Positions 62,364 through 64,000 of a stretch of 64,000 nt of DNA are shown here, one piece after another. The position numbers and the translations under genes are program-made. Each line of letters opens with the position of its first letter. The stretch's first letter is position 1. This stretch comes from Emiliania huxleyi CCMP1516 (Eukaryota): contig NW_005202428.1 in assembly GCF_000372725.1 (NCBI RefSeq), positions 853,331 to 917,330 on the forward strand. The letters are read 5' to 3'. The notes under the pieces are model-generated. The model saw only the letters and a list, made by a program, of their open reading frames with translations, made no database searches and was not told where the DNA came from.

Positions 62364-63974
62364 TCAAAGGCCCCCATCTGCACCTCCAAGTCCACACCAA
62401 CCCCTTGCGCCGCGCATCACTACGTCGACCGTCTCTCCCGCCGCCGCCCCGTGCTCCTCGATCTGCGTATTGGTCGATACGACGCCGAGGCCGAACTTGC
62501 TCGACTCGTCGATGCCGAACGAGACGACGCGCTTCGCCTTGGCCACGCGCACGTAGTTGATGCACTCGCCCGCGATAGTGAGCTCCATGCGCCGCGCCCG
62601 CATCTGCCGCGCGGCCGGCTCGTGGTACACGACGTCGGGCGCCAACGCGTTGAGCACGTCGCTGATGATCTTGGGGACGGCGCCTGGTGGCGTGCGGCGC
62701 GACAGCGCCGCCCACTCCAGCGGCCGGAGGCGCCAATCGCCCGCCTCGAACCGCCCGCGCTTATTGCGGCGCTGCTGCGCCGCGCCGCCGCCCTCCTCCT
62801 CGTCACTCTCGCTCTCGCTCTCGCTCTCACGCTCCGCTCGCAGCTCCTCGACCTTGGTCTTGAGCTCCTTGACCTGGAGCTGCAGCCCGGGCAGCTTCGC
62901 CGCGTCGCCCTCGACGGCGCGCGCCCGCTTGCGCGCCCTCGCCACCTCCGTCTTCTTCACGTCGAGCGCCGCCGCGTGCGCGAGGCCGGCGTCCTCGAGC
63001 TTCTGGTTTGCGCGCGCGAGCTTCTTCGTCAGCATGACGACGCGCACGTAGGACGCGCGCTCGACCGCCGCGTCGAACTTCTGCTTGCGCGTCGCGAGCT
63101 GCGCCGCCCGCGCCGCCTTCTGGGCCTCAGAGTAGCCGCGCTGCTGCGCCTCCTTGAACTTGCGCGCGTCGGCCCGCTTGCGCTCCGCGCGCTTCTTCGC
63201 CTTGTGGAGCTTGTCGGCCTTGTCCGCGCGCTGCGCGCGGCAAACCGCCAGCTCGCGCTCGAGCGCCTCGATCTTCTGGTCCTTCAACCCGATGGTCGCG
63301 GTCAGCGCCGCGTTCTCCTCGACCATCGACGGCGCCGAAGGCAGCGCGGCGGCGGCCGGCGGCAAGCCGAGAGCCGCGCGCAAAACTGGGCCGCGCCTGT
63401 AGATTAGGTCGGCGACGCGCGTGGCCGCCCACGTGTTGAAGCGCTTCGGCGGCCTCTTGCGCGGCGGCTGCCCGCCAAGCCCGCCATTGTCCGGGTGTTT
63501 CTTAAGTCCGGAGTGGTACAAGAGCAAGTGGTCGACTGTCACGCCCTCGCGCGCGCCGCGGCCCTCCCAGCCATCCACCGCCTTCTTCACGGCCTCGCAC
63601 GTCTCCTTGTGCCACTTGCCGTCTATGACCCGCTGAAACGGGTCGTAGTAGCCGGCGGGCGCCGCCGCCGTCGCCCAGCCCGCCTGCTCATCCGCAGCCT
63701 GCGCCGCGAGAGGCGCCAAACCCGCCGCCCATTCGGCGGTGTCCGCGGCGCTGGGCTCGAGAAGGACGATGAAGAGGGCGAAAATCAGCACCTCCGTATC
63801 CGTGGCGTCGGCGTGGTCCCGAACGAAGAACGTTTTGCCCTCGGAGGTGATGGGGGACAGGAGTTTCTCTCCTGCGCAGGCGTGCGAGCGAGCGTCAGCG
63901 CGCCGAGGTCCACTGCGTGTGACTGCACCCGCCGTGGCCGCGCGCACCGGGTCGGCCAGAAAGAGCATCGCCAA
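62364..63974 (-). CDS. Coiled-coil protein ending in a transposase-like acidic motif; possible truncated DNA-transposon ORF
   Basis: Intronless 536-aa ORF. VVSFGIDESSK resembles the first catalytic strand of hAT-type DDE transposases. Coding-like quality is lost just after this motif. Confidence 0.4.
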   Translation of the reverse strand: MAMLFLADPVRAATAGAVTRSGPRRADARSHACAGEKLLSPITSEGKTFFVRDHADATDTEVLIFALFIVLLEPSAADTAEWAAGLAPLAAQAADEQAGWATAAAPAGYYDPFQRVIDGKWHKETCEAVKKAVDGWEGRGAREGVTVDHLLLYHSGLKKHPDNGGLGGQPPRKRPPKRFNTWAATRVADLIYRRGPVLRAALGLPPAAAALPSAPSMVEENAALTATIGLKDQKIEALERELAVCRAQRADKADKLHKAKKRAERKRADARKFKEAQQRGYSEAQKAARAAQLATRKQKFDAAVERASYVRVVMLTKKLARANQKLEDAGLAHAAALDVKKTEVARARKRARAVEGDAAKLPGLQLQVKELKTKVEELRAERESESESESDEEEGGGAAQQRRNKRGRFEAGDWRLRPLEWAALSRRTPPGAVPKIISDVLNALAPDVVYHEPAARQMRARRMELTIAGECINYVRVAKAKRVVSFGIDESSKFGLGVVSTNTQIEEHGAAAGETVDVVMRGARGWCGLGGADGGL

Positions 63975-64000
63975 CAGTCGCCTTGAGGGCCAGGGCGGCC

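Overview
GC-rich, intron-containing eukaryotic DNA with two N gaps, many GC-AG introns, microsatellites and genes carrying bipartite plastid presequences. These traits fit a haptophyte draft genome, most likely Emiliania/Gephyrocapsa huxleyi (inference). Recognisable genes: two tandem F-box/RCC1-repeat paralogues, an EVE-domain protein, an Aa_trans amino-acid transporter, a PhyH-family dioxygenase, proteasome alpha-4, a patatin/cPLA2-like lipase, a DUF285 repeat protein, an ABCG half-transporter, an ankyrin protein, a thylakoid pentapeptide-repeat protein, an F-box+Sec7 protein, a GT90 glycosyltransferase, an FkbM methyltransferase, DNA ligase I, a Cys-type iodothyronine-deiodinase homologue and an F-box protein with 22-aa tandem repeats. 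There are also two MITEs with 8-bp target-site duplications and several dispersed repeat families. The most striking unexplained signal is that many short introns begin with a degenerate copy (up to about 20-25 nt) of the start of the next exon, usually at GC donors and once at a GA donor. All exon/intron boundaries were inferred by eye from reading-frame continuity, not from transcripts.
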